The position numbers were made by a program, and so were the translations under genes. Below are positions 46,845 through 55,508 of a DNA stretch of 64,000 nt, piece by piece. The DNA lies in assembly GCA_964513075.1 (NCBI GenBank), contig CAZELR010000007.1, positions 22,208 to 86,207 of the forward strand, read 5' to 3'. This stretch comes from an uncultured Anaerolineales bacterium (GTDB taxonomy: Bacteria; Chloroflexota; Anaerolineae; CG2-30-64-16). The notes under the pieces are model-generated. The model worked only from the letters and a program-made list of their open reading frames with translations, did not search any database and was not told the DNA's origin. Numbering within the stretch: the stretch's first letter is position 1; every line of letters starts with the position of its first letter.

Positions 46845-48608
46845 TCAGTGAAAGCGCGCCATGAAATACGGATAAAGTTGGTTTGCATTGGTGACCTTGG
46901 TGACATCCAGGGGTGCGTCGGGAGGAGTCAGAAAGAAAGGGTAATCCTCCGGACCGCCTGCGCCACCGTGGGTCGCCGCCTGATCCTCGAAGGTAACGAC
47001 CCGGCCCAGGGAGTTCCACGCCCCCAGAAGCACCAGGTCACCGGAGTGCGGAAAGCTGAGCAGCCGCGCCAGATCGGCCGCGGTTTGCTCCGGCTCCGGC
47101 AGCCCGGGCGGCAGGCGTTCGGGTGTCAGGGCAACGGTGCCGCGCGGGGTTACGATTACCGGGCATTCAGCCTCCAATCCTAGTACCATGCCGATCCCAG
47201 GATGGCTGTTGAGCCCATCCAGCAGCTCGGAGTAGAGCAGAGCCATCTCGCTGACATCCATGCGCTCGGACGTCACGTTGAAATAGAGATGCGCCAGGCT
47301 GCCCGAGACACGCACCACCACGTCGCTCTCGCGGCCCAGGTCGTAGCCTGAGTCAGGATCGGGGGATCCTTTTGTAGGATCGCCCGATCCCGCGGCGGAT
47401 CGCGGCAGCCGTTTGAGCAGTCGACGGCGCAGTGCGGCGGCCAGCCGTTGACCGCGGCGAGTCAGATGCGCCTCGATGCCGTCGAGTTCATCTAACAGCC
47501 AGCGCACGCTCTCTTCTGCCCGTTCACCCTCCGAGAGGGCGCCCGATCCTGCAGGATCGCCCGATCCCGCAGGATCGCCCGACCCCCAGACCACCGACGC
47601 TTGAACGCGCTCCGCAACGAGTTGGCCCAACGACTGCTTCGGATCGATCCGTTGCAGTGGTGTGGCCGGGGTCAGGCCGTGATCGGAGCAAATGTACAGC
47701 TCGGTGGCGGGATAGTAGATGCGGCGCAGGCGCTCGATCTGGCCGATGTAGCCGTCGATGCGGCGGAGGGCGCGCAGCGCCTCCTTGCCCAGTGGACCAT
47801 CGTGATGGGCGATCTCGTCGTAGCCGTAGAAGTTGGTGTAAATTGCCGGTATGCCGCGATAGATGTCCAACAGCACGCCGAAGGTCTGGATCTCACCGAA
47901 GATCACGTTGGTCAGCACCTGTAACACGGGGTTGACCAGCGTCAGACGGCTGCGAAATCGGCTCTGAACCCATAGTCCGAACGTACGCGCCACATCGCGC
48001 GTGAGCTCCCACGCGCTGAGCGCCACGATGCGAACGATACGCCAGGGGATCAGGGCGAAGAGAAACGCCCAGCCCAGCCCGCGGAGGTGCTCCGAGAAGC
48101 GGCTGCGGCCCATTGCGGACAGCGTAAAGAGGGCCAGGTGGGCATCACCATCCAGTAAGTTCGTATAGCTTGATCCGCCGGTCAGGATGCCGGGCCGGCC
48201 GCCTGCGACCTGGGTCTTCAAGCGCGCGGCATGGAGGGGCGATTTGCAGTGGGGAGCATATCCGGTGTCCTTTTCATACCAGCGAAACGCAGGAATGTCC
48301 CAGTTGTTGCCGTACATAAGGCCTGCCTGAACAGCGGGCGTGCTGCTGGGAAGGCCGCATCGCCAACGCTGCAGGCGGTGGCCGTTGGCGATCAGCCGTC
48401 GCAGGTCCGGTGCGTGGCCCCTGGCCATGGCCTGCATCAAGTATTCGTGGGCCAGCCCATCGATCTGGATCACGATGAACCGGGGTAAGTCGTGGCCAGT
48501 TGTGTCGCTCGTGCTCTGGCGCTGGGCAAGCGACCGGTACCGGCGGCCGGTCATCCAGGCGGTCAGCAAGAGGAACAGATCGACGACATCGCGCATCCAG
48601 TGGGGCAC
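46845..48608 (-). CDS. Membrane-associated type I phosphodiesterase/nucleotide pyrophosphatase (alkaline-phosphatase superfamily) with low-complexity GSGDPAGSG inserts
   Basis: 587 aa; metal-ligand regions (IQIDGL..., DHG) of the NPP family; N-terminal hydrophobic segment. Confidence 0.65.
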   Translation of the reverse strand: MPHWMRDVVDLFLLLTAWMTGRRYRSLAQRQSTSDTTGHDLPRFIVIQIDGLAHEYLMQAMARGHAPDLRRLIANGHRLQRWRCGLPSSTPAVQAGLMYGNNWDIPAFRWYEKDTGYAPHCKSPLHAARLKTQVAGGRPGILTGGSSYTNLLDGDAHLALFTLSAMGRSRFSEHLRGLGWAFLFALIPWRIVRIVALSAWELTRDVARTFGLWVQSRFRSRLTLVNPVLQVLTNVIFGEIQTFGVLLDIYRGIPAIYTNFYGYDEIAHHDGPLGKEALRALRRIDGYIGQIERLRRIYYPATELYICSDHGLTPATPLQRIDPKQSLGQLVAERVQASVVWGSGDPAGSGDPAGSGALSEGERAEESVRWLLDELDGIEAHLTRRGQRLAAALRRRLLKRLPRSAAGSGDPTKGSPDPDSGYDLGRESDVVVRVSGSLAHLYFNVTSERMDVSEMALLYSELLDGLNSHPGIGMVLGLEAECPVIVTPRGTVALTPERLPPGLPEPEQTAADLARLLSFPHSGDLVLLGAWNSLGRVVTFEDQAATHGGAGGPEDYPFFLTPPDAPLDVTKVTNANQLYPYFMARFH

Positions 48609-48615
48609 GGCGTTG

Positions 48616-49758
48616 TCATTGGCCTCCGGTTTTTTTGGACAGGGACTGCCTGGAGACCTCCATGAGTTCGGCCACGCGTGTCAGATCTGCCGTGCTCAGG
48701 AGGCCTACTGCCTGGCCGTTTTCGACTACCACAAGCGCCTGTCGGAATTGTAGCTGCTCCTGAGCTTCGGTCAACAATACATCAGGAGCGATGACGATGG
48801 TTTTCGTCGGCACATGCGCGCCCAACCGGGCAGCCGAGCCGGCTCGCCGCGCCGCGGCCAGCAGTTCGCCCCGCGTGATAACACCCACCAGCCGGCCGCC
48901 GTCCACCACGGGATAGGTCGACTGCGGCGATGACACCATTTGATTCAGCACTTCGCCCAGGGTTTGCAGCGGATGCAGGCGGTCCCCAAGCGGCTGCATG
49001 GCTTGACGCGCGCGCAGATCGCGCAGTGCAGCGGCCGTCGCAGCTCCCTGCCGCTCTTGCCAGGCTGCCACAAACACAAAGACGGCTACCAGCCCCAAGA
49101 AGAAGCTGCCTGTCAATAAAGCTGCCAGACCCATCCCAACGGCCAGGATCTGACCCGCGACCGACGCAATGCGCGTGGCCGTACCGAACGGCAGCACTGC
49201 TGCCAACAGCGCGCGCAGCAGACGACCGCCGTCCATGGGGAAGGCTGGCAGTAGATTGAACAGCGCCAGCAGCGCATTGTTGGCCGTCAGTAGCAGCACG
49301 AGCGCCTGGCCGCTCATGGATGAGGCCAGGTTCTCCAGCTCCCAGGGCGAGGTAAACAACCGGATCAGCGCGGATGGACCGATCCAGATTAACGCCACTG
49401 CGGCCAGGCCGATGGCGAGCAGGATGTTGACAGCCGGCCCGGCCGCGGTGATCAGGAACTCCTGATAGGGCCGTTCAGGCAGTTTGGCAAGCCGCGCCAC
49501 CCCGCCGATGGGCCACAACGTGATATCATGCACCTTCACGCCGAAGAGTTGCGCCACCAGGCTGTGGCCCAACTCGTGCAGCACCACACAGAGGAACAGC
49601 AACAGCGTAAAGATGACCATGAACGCAGCCCCGCGCAGCCATTCACTGCTGCCGCCGGACAGCCCGATATACGCTGCCCACAGCACGATCAGCAGAAAGC
49701 TCAGATGCACCCGGATCGGAATGCCGTGAACCGTGATAATTTTCAGTGACCAGGACAT
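48616..49758 (-). CDS. Site-2 protease family (M50) zinc metalloprotease with CBS pair
   Basis: HELGH plus downstream NxxPxxxxDGG motif; C-terminal CBS domains. Confidence 0.85.
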   Translation of the reverse strand: MSWSLKIITVHGIPIRVHLSFLLIVLWAAYIGLSGGSSEWLRGAAFMVIFTLLLFLCVVLHELGHSLVAQLFGVKVHDITLWPIGGVARLAKLPERPYQEFLITAAGPAVNILLAIGLAAVALIWIGPSALIRLFTSPWELENLASSMSGQALVLLLTANNALLALFNLLPAFPMDGGRLLRALLAAVLPFGTATRIASVAGQILAVGMGLAALLTGSFFLGLVAVFVFVAAWQERQGAATAAALRDLRARQAMQPLGDRLHPLQTLGEVLNQMVSSPQSTYPVVDGGRLVGVITRGELLAAARRAGSAARLGAHVPTKTIVIAPDVLLTEAQEQLQFRQALVVVENGQAVGLLSTADLTRVAELMEVSRQSLSKKTGGQ

Positions 49759-49860
49759 AGGACCTCGTGAATAGGACCTCGTGATGCGTGGTGCGTAGTG
49801 CGTAGTGCGTAGTGCGCCGTCATTCTGAGCGGGTTAAAGGCGCAACGCTCGTCACGGCGC

Positions 49861-49975
49861 AACTCCAGCGAAGAATCTCGTCATTCGTCATTCGTCATTC
49901 GTCATTCGTCATTCGTCATTCGCCATTCGCCATCCGCCATCCGCCATTCGCCATTCGCTATCCGCTATCCACCGC
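49861..49975. repeat. Heptanucleotide microsatellite: (TCATTCG)5 followed by CCATTCG/CCATCCG/CTATCCG variants, ~14 units
   Basis: Read directly from the sequence; located in the 200-nt gap upstream of the M50 protease start (49758) and downstream of the ABC exporter stop (49958). Confidence 0.8.
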
Positions 49976-51805
49976 TTCTTCCCACCTGAACTGCAATGCG
50001 ACCATCTTGCGATAGAGGCCGTCGGGCCGGGTCAACAGCTCGGCGTGGGTGCCTTGTTCGGCGACGCGGCCAGCGTCGAGCACCACAATCCAGTCGGCAT
50101 TCACAATGGTGCTCAGCCGGTGCGCGATCACGAACGTGGTGCGGTCGCGCATCAGCCGGTCTAGCGCTTCCTGCACTGCCTGCTCCGACTCGCTGTCCAG
50201 AGACGAGGTGGCCTCATCAAGGATCAGGATGCGTGGGTTTTTCAGGAGGGCGCGGGCGATGGCGACGCGCTGGCGCTGGCCGCCGCTGAGCTTCACGCCT
50301 CGCTCGCCTACCAGCGTCTCGTAGCCATCCGCCAGCGTGCTGATGAAATCGTGCGCGTTGGCCGCACGCGCAGCCGCTTCGATCTCAGCCTGCGTCGCGT
50401 CCAGCTTGCCGTACGCGATGTTGTTGCGTACGCTGCCGCTGAATAACGCTGTCTCCTGCGGCACGATGCCGATCTGTTCCCGTAGGCCGCGGAGTTTGAC
50501 CTCGCGGATATCGTGGCCATCGATCAGGATCCGGCCGCAATTCGGATCGTAGAAACGTGGGATCAGGTTCACCAGGGTTGTTTTGCCTGCACCGCTGGCC
50601 CCCACCAGGGCGACGACCTGACCGGGCCGAGCCGCCAGATCGATGTCACTCAACACGATGCGCGTCTCGGCTGTATCGCCGTAATCGAAGCAGACCCCTT
50701 CGAAGCGGACCTCGCCGCGGATGGGCGGCAGGTCGTTCGCGTCCGGCGCATCTTGCATCTCCGGCGCGGTGTCCAAAAGCTGGAATACCCGCTCGCTGGC
50801 GCCCAGTGCGCGCTGAAGCTGGGCATAGAGACTGGTGAAGCTCGCAATGGGCGAGGCGATCATCATCGTGTACAGCAGGAACGAGACCAGTTGCCCCGGC
50901 GTCAGTCGGCCGGCGATCACCTCGCGGCTGCCCACCCACAGCACCAGAGCGATGCTGCTGAACGCCAGCAGCCCGATGACCGGGCCCAGGATGGCGCTCA
51001 GGCGCACGCGCTTGATAGCGATCCCGAACAGGCGCTCGACGCCATCGCCGTAGCGCCCGATCTCATACGGCTCGCGCGCAAACGACTTCACGATGCGCAC
51101 TCCGCTGAGCGCTTCTTCGGCGGTCGCGCTGATGTCCGCCAGCGCATCCTGCACTTGCCGGCTGTAGCGGCGCACCCAGCGGCCCAGCACGATCATGCCG
51201 ATCACAGCCAGCGGCACCACGGCCAGCATCACCAGCGCCAACCGCCACGCCATGACGAAGATGATGATCACCCCGCCCACCAGCATGATCGCGTTGGAAA
51301 GCAGGCTCAACAGCGTATCGGTCACTGCGTTTTGGATCGTGCTGACGTCGTTGCCCAGTCGCGACAATAGCTCGCCGGTGCGTGTGCCGGCAAAGAAGCG
51401 CAGCGGCATGTTCTGGAGATGTGCATAAAGCATCTCGCGCAGGTTGGCGACCACCCGTTCACCCACCCAACCCAGCAGATAGCTCTGGCCGAAGCCCAGG
51501 ACCGCCTGCAGCACGAAGAGCGCCAGCAGCAGGCCGATCACGCGATTGAGTATTTCGAGGCTGGCCTCCAGCAGCGCACCATCCACCACTTTGCTGATGA
51601 TCAGCGGCAGCGCCAGGCCGGCCAGGCTGTTGAGGGTCAGGATGATCCCAGCCGCAGCCAGCAGCCGCCAGTATGGCTGTACGAAGCGCAGCAGCCGCCG
51701 GTAATGGGTGAACATCCCGCGGAAGAACGTGCGATCGGGCAGCGGTATGTCGGCCAGCGATCGGCGCGTATCAGAACTTGAGCCTGTGGAAGTAGTCATC
51801 GTCAT
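49958..51805 (-). CDS. ABC exporter, fused permease/ATPase (MsbA/type-I exporter family)
   Basis: 615 aa; 6 TM plus Walker A (GASGAGKTT), LSGGQRQR signature, Walker B ILILDEATS. Confidence 0.9.
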   Translation of the reverse strand: MTMTTSTGSSSDTRRSLADIPLPDRTFFRGMFTHYRRLLRFVQPYWRLLAAAGIILTLNSLAGLALPLIISKVVDGALLEASLEILNRVIGLLLALFVLQAVLGFGQSYLLGWVGERVVANLREMLYAHLQNMPLRFFAGTRTGELLSRLGNDVSTIQNAVTDTLLSLLSNAIMLVGGVIIIFVMAWRLALVMLAVVPLAVIGMIVLGRWVRRYSRQVQDALADISATAEEALSGVRIVKSFAREPYEIGRYGDGVERLFGIAIKRVRLSAILGPVIGLLAFSSIALVLWVGSREVIAGRLTPGQLVSFLLYTMMIASPIASFTSLYAQLQRALGASERVFQLLDTAPEMQDAPDANDLPPIRGEVRFEGVCFDYGDTAETRIVLSDIDLAARPGQVVALVGASGAGKTTLVNLIPRFYDPNCGRILIDGHDIREVKLRGLREQIGIVPQETALFSGSVRNNIAYGKLDATQAEIEAAARAANAHDFISTLADGYETLVGERGVKLSGGQRQRVAIARALLKNPRILILDEATSSLDSESEQAVQEALDRLMRDRTTFVIAHRLSTIVNADWIVVLDAGRVAEQGTHAELLTRPDGLYRKMVALQFRWEEAVDSG

Positions 51806-51945
51806 AAACCTCAGGGCAGTATAACCTCAGAAGGGGCGGGAGGTCAAAGGGAGAACTTTCCAAACACAGCGCATGCCGGTTATAATAGCAGCACCTGCCA
51901 TGTCCCCAAGACCTGACAGGTCTACACACAGACAGGAGCCCATCC

Positions 51946-52308
51946 ATGACCGAACCCGTAGCTAAGGCCATCCACTACACCGATGTTCCGGCCCAAGTCT
52001 TCGGCGACCAGGCGCCCGGCGTCACCATTCGTTGGGTGATCGACGAGCAGCACGATGGCGCGCCCCACTACGCGCTGCGTGTCATCGAGGTCGCGGCCGG
52101 CGGCAACACCCCCAGGCACGCGCACCCCTACGAGCACGAGAATTTCGTCATCGAGGGCCAGGGCCGGGTGCTGATCGCTGACACCTGGCATGCTGTCGGC
52201 CCCGGGAGCGTGATCTTCGTGCCGGCTAACATCCTTCACACCTACGAAAATACCGGCGAGACGTCGTTCAAGTTCCTGTGTGGCATCCCCACCTCGCGCC
52301 ATATGTAA
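51946..52308 (+). CDS. Cupin-domain protein
   Basis: 120 aa; HAHPYEHENFVIEGQG two-His cupin motif. Confidence 0.7.
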   Translation: MTEPVAKAIHYTDVPAQVFGDQAPGVTIRWVIDEQHDGAPHYALRVIEVAAGGNTPRHAHPYEHENFVIEGQGRVLIADTWHAVGPGSVIFVPANILHTYENTGETSFKFLCGIPTSRHM

Positions 52309-52331
52309 CGCAATCCGCCGGATTGCGACTT

Positions 52332-52400
52332 TCATTGCTGTGGCCGGTTTTAGTCATTGCCGTCGCCGGTCTTAGTCATTGCTGTGGCCGGTCTGAGACC
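52332..52400 (+). repeat. 3 x 22-bp direct repeats (KTCATTGCYGTSGCCGGTYTKA) upstream of the GH13 gene, the last unit forming a hairpin with the following GAGACCGAGCCACAG
   Basis: Visual alignment of three consecutive units between the cupin stop (52308) and the GH13 start (52433). Confidence 0.6.
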
Positions 52401-52432
52401 GAGCCACAGTAGAGTTTATTGGAGTCAAGAGT

Positions 52433-53878
52433 ATGTCATCTATTCAAACCCCTGATTGGGTCAGGGATGCGGTCTTTTATCAGATCTTCCCGGATCGTTT
52501 TGCCCGCTCGGCGCGCGTGCCCAAGGCATCGAACCTGCAGCCGTGGGGCGCAGCCCCCACCGGGCATGCTTACCAGGGTGGTGATCTGTTGGGCGTGGTC
52601 GAGCATCTCGACTATCTGGTCGACCTCGGCATCAACGCAATCTACTTCAACCCGGTCTTTCAATCGGGCTCCAACCATCGCTACCACACCCATGACTACT
52701 TTCAGGTCGACCCGATGTTGGGCGGCAACGCGGCGCTGCGCGAGCTGTTAGACGCGGCCCATGCACGCGGTATTCGTGTGATGTTGGATGGTGTGTTCAA
52801 CCATGCCAGCCGCGGCTTCTTCCAGTTTCATGATGTCTTGGAAAACGGCCCCGAGTCGGCCTACATCGACTGGTTCACCGTCACCGACTGGCCCCTGCGG
52901 CCCTATGGCAGCAAACAGCACAATTACAGTGCGTGGTGGGGCAACCCCGCGCTGCCCAAGCTCAACACCCAAACGCCCGCAGTGCGCCAATTCATCTTCG
53001 ACGTAGCACGCTACTGGATCGAATTCGGCATCGATGGGTGGCGGCTGGATGTGCCGGCCGAGATCGATGACGACAGCTTCTGGCAGGAGTTCCGCCGGGT
53101 CGTGCGAGCCGCTAACCCCGAGGCTTACATTGTCGGTGAGATCTGGCACGATGCGGAGCGTTGGTTGCAGGGCGACCAGTTTGACGCAGTGATGAACTAC
53201 GGCATCTCACGGGCTGCGTTGGGGCTGTTTGGCCGCGAGACGTTCGATCGTAACTACCGGCCGGGTGGATTCCGACTGGCGCCGTTGGGCGCGCGCGCAT
53301 TTGCCAACGAGATCGAGCGGCTGATGGGCCTCTATCCCTGGCCGATCACGCAGGTGCAGTTCAACCTCCTGGACAGCCACGACACCGCGCGTTTCATCCA
53401 TCAGGCAGGCGGCGACGGGGACGCGCTGAAGCTCTCGCTGCTCTTCCTGCTGACGATCCCGGGCGCGCCGTGCATCTACTATGGCACCGAGATCGGCATG
53501 GCCGGCGGGCACGATCCCGACTGTCGCCGCGCCTTCCCCTGGCATGATCCGGGCGCGTGGGACCGAGAGTTATTGACGTTTACTAAGCGGGCCGTCGACT
53601 TGCGCCGCAACCATGCGGCGCTCCGTCGCGGCAACTATACCACCCTCTACATGCACGATGAGGTGGTTGCCTTCGGCCGCCAGGCCGATGATCAGGCGGC
53701 TGTAGTGTTGTTCAATGCAGGAGCCGAGACGCGCACGGTGAGCCTGGATGTCGAGGGCCTGTTGCCCGATGGCATGCTGACCGATGTCTGGGGCGGGTTG
53801 CCAGGCCGCGTCTCGCGGGGCACGCTTCGTCAGATGGAACTGCCTGCGCGCTGCGCGGCGGTGTTCATCAGCGGATGA
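52433..53878 (+). CDS. GH13 alpha-amylase-family glycosidase (cyclomaltodextrinase/neopullulanase/alpha-glucosidase type)
   Basis: 481 aa; GH13 regions I-IV (DGVFNH, GWRLDV, EIW, FLDSHD). Confidence 0.85.
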   Translation: MSSIQTPDWVRDAVFYQIFPDRFARSARVPKASNLQPWGAAPTGHAYQGGDLLGVVEHLDYLVDLGINAIYFNPVFQSGSNHRYHTHDYFQVDPMLGGNAALRELLDAAHARGIRVMLDGVFNHASRGFFQFHDVLENGPESAYIDWFTVTDWPLRPYGSKQHNYSAWWGNPALPKLNTQTPAVRQFIFDVARYWIEFGIDGWRLDVPAEIDDDSFWQEFRRVVRAANPEAYIVGEIWHDAERWLQGDQFDAVMNYGISRAALGLFGRETFDRNYRPGGFRLAPLGARAFANEIERLMGLYPWPITQVQFNLLDSHDTARFIHQAGGDGDALKLSLLFLLTIPGAPCIYYGTEIGMAGGHDPDCRRAFPWHDPGAWDRELLTFTKRAVDLRRNHAALRRGNYTTLYMHDEVVAFGRQADDQAAVVLFNAGAETRTVSLDVEGLLPDGMLTDVWGGLPGRVSRGTLRQMELPARCAAVFISG

Positions 53879-53896
53879 TGTTGGGGGAGGCTGTGT

Positions 53897-54091
53897 ATGT
53901 ATCGTTACCGCCGTATGCGGCCGAAGGTCAGCTTCGCTCTGGCCACGGCGATGATCGTCACCCTGGGCCTGGCGCTCACCGGCATCCTGAAGATCGAGTT
54001 TGACCTGACGCCGCTGGACACCAACCCGCAGGCCGTGATCGTCGCGATCGTCTTTTCTTTGTTGGCGGGACTGCTGCTCTACGAGTGGTGA
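53897..54091 (+). CDS. Small 2-TM membrane protein, hypothetical
   Basis: 64-aa ORF directly after the GH13 gene, followed by a strong hairpin; weak evidence. Confidence 0.35.
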   Translation: MYRYRRMRPKVSFALATAMIVTLGLALTGILKIEFDLTPLDTNPQAVIVAIVFSLLAGLLLYEW

Positions 54092-54100
54092 TGAGCTTGC

Positions 54101-54157
54101 TTCACAAACCAGGTTTCGCGTCCTTCGGTGTTGCAGAAACCTGGTTTGTGAAGTGAT
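54101..54157. terminator. Long perfect hairpin (18-bp stem) between convergent genes, bidirectional terminator
   Basis: CTTCACAAACCAGGTTTC...GAAACCTGGTTTGTGAAG; shares the AAACCAGGTTTC core with the 6610 hairpin. Confidence 0.55.
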
Positions 54158-54171
54158 GCCTTCAAAAGGTC

Positions 54172-55494
54172 CTAGACCGTCTCCCACGTCTCCACAAACT
54201 TGATCCCCAACGCCTCCAACTCCGCCAGCACCGGCTCATAGATCTCCGGCACCACGGGCACCTGCACGCCGGTCAGGGCGATCTTGCCTTCCAGGATCAG
54301 CCGGACGCCGATGGCCGCAGGCAGGCCCACGGTGCGCGCCATCGAGGAGTCGCCGTGCGGAATGCCGAAGTCCACCAGGGTGGAGGTGATTTTCTCTTTC
54401 CGATCCGGGTACTCGGCCAGGAACTGGTGCTGCATGATCAGCAGGTCGCGCTCGCCGGGTGCATACTGCATCTTCGCCAACATGCGCGCACACAGGATAT
54501 CGATGGGGCTGTTGACGCCGGCCGGCAGCGGGTCGTCGCTCAACAGGCCCAGCCACGTCAAATCCGAGATGACCTTCGAGTCGGTCGCGACGTTCAGGAA
54601 CGCGGCCAGGTCGGCCCGCAGGTCGCCGTGGGAGCCGGTCAGCTTCCGCGTGAGGCCGGCCCAGGTGGCGTCGGCCAGATCGGACCGCGGGGCTTCGTCC
54701 AGTAGGCCCAGGTCTGCGATTTTGCGCAGGGTGTCGCACCAGCCGGTGTTGCGCAGCGTGCCGCGGAACATCGTGCGCGTGTCCTCGATGCCGTAGGGCT
54801 TCATGTAGGACAGGCTGTCGCGGTTCGGGTAGCCTTCGAAGTCGGTGAGCTTACCCTCGACCACCACCGGCACGGTGACGTGGTGATCGAACAGCTCGCC
54901 GTTCGGAATGACCACCATCTCGCCGTCCCACAGATATTGGGCCGAGTTCTTGCCGGCCAGCAGCACCCCGCGCGGGCTCCACGAAAACTTGTAGCCGAAC
55001 GGATTGTCGTTGGCCTCGGGCGCGGGCAGGCCCCCGCACCAGGAGACGAACTTGGCGATCTTGCCGCCCTGTCCCTGCACCGTGTGGATCACCCGCATCG
55101 CGGTCATGTGATCGATGCCCGGATCGACGCCGATCTCGTTGAGCAGGATCACGCCCGCGGCCTTGGCCTCAGCGTCCATGTCGGCCATCACCTGCTTGAC
55201 GTAAGACGTGGTGACCATGTGCACGCCGTGCTTGATGCAGAGCCGGGCCACGACGGGATGGTAGGCGTAGGGCAACAGGCTCACGGCCAGGTCGTGTTGC
55301 CTGATCAGGGCCTCCAACGCGGCGGTGTCATCGGAGTTCACGGCCACGGCGCGGCCGTTCGGATGCCCCTTGACCAGTTCTTCAGCCTTGCTGACGGTCC
55401 GGCTGGCGACAGTGACCTGGAGGCCGTGATCGAGCAGGTAGCGCACATGCGCGCCGGCCACCATGCCGGCGCCAAAGACGACGACTTTCTTCAT
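54172..55494 (-). CDS. Saccharopine dehydrogenase, NADP+/L-glutamate-forming type (Lys9-like)
   Basis: 440 aa; MKKVVVFGAGMVAG Rossmann, GVDPGIDHMTAM motif typical of the Lys9/saccharopine-reductase family. Confidence 0.8.
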   Translation of the reverse strand: MKKVVVFGAGMVAGAHVRYLLDHGLQVTVASRTVSKAEELVKGHPNGRAVAVNSDDTAALEALIRQHDLAVSLLPYAYHPVVARLCIKHGVHMVTTSYVKQVMADMDAEAKAAGVILLNEIGVDPGIDHMTAMRVIHTVQGQGGKIAKFVSWCGGLPAPEANDNPFGYKFSWSPRGVLLAGKNSAQYLWDGEMVVIPNGELFDHHVTVPVVVEGKLTDFEGYPNRDSLSYMKPYGIEDTRTMFRGTLRNTGWCDTLRKIADLGLLDEAPRSDLADATWAGLTRKLTGSHGDLRADLAAFLNVATDSKVISDLTWLGLLSDDPLPAGVNSPIDILCARMLAKMQYAPGERDLLIMQHQFLAEYPDRKEKITSTLVDFGIPHGDSSMARTVGLPAAIGVRLILEGKIALTGVQVPVVPEIYEPVLAELEALGIKFVETWETV

Positions 55495-55508
55495 AGGTGA
55501 GAGTCTCC

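Noticed and set aside
49861-49975. Repeat array as a possible CRISPR
   Set aside because: The units are 7 nt with no spacers; this is a microsatellite, not a repeat-spacer array; no cas genes in the window.
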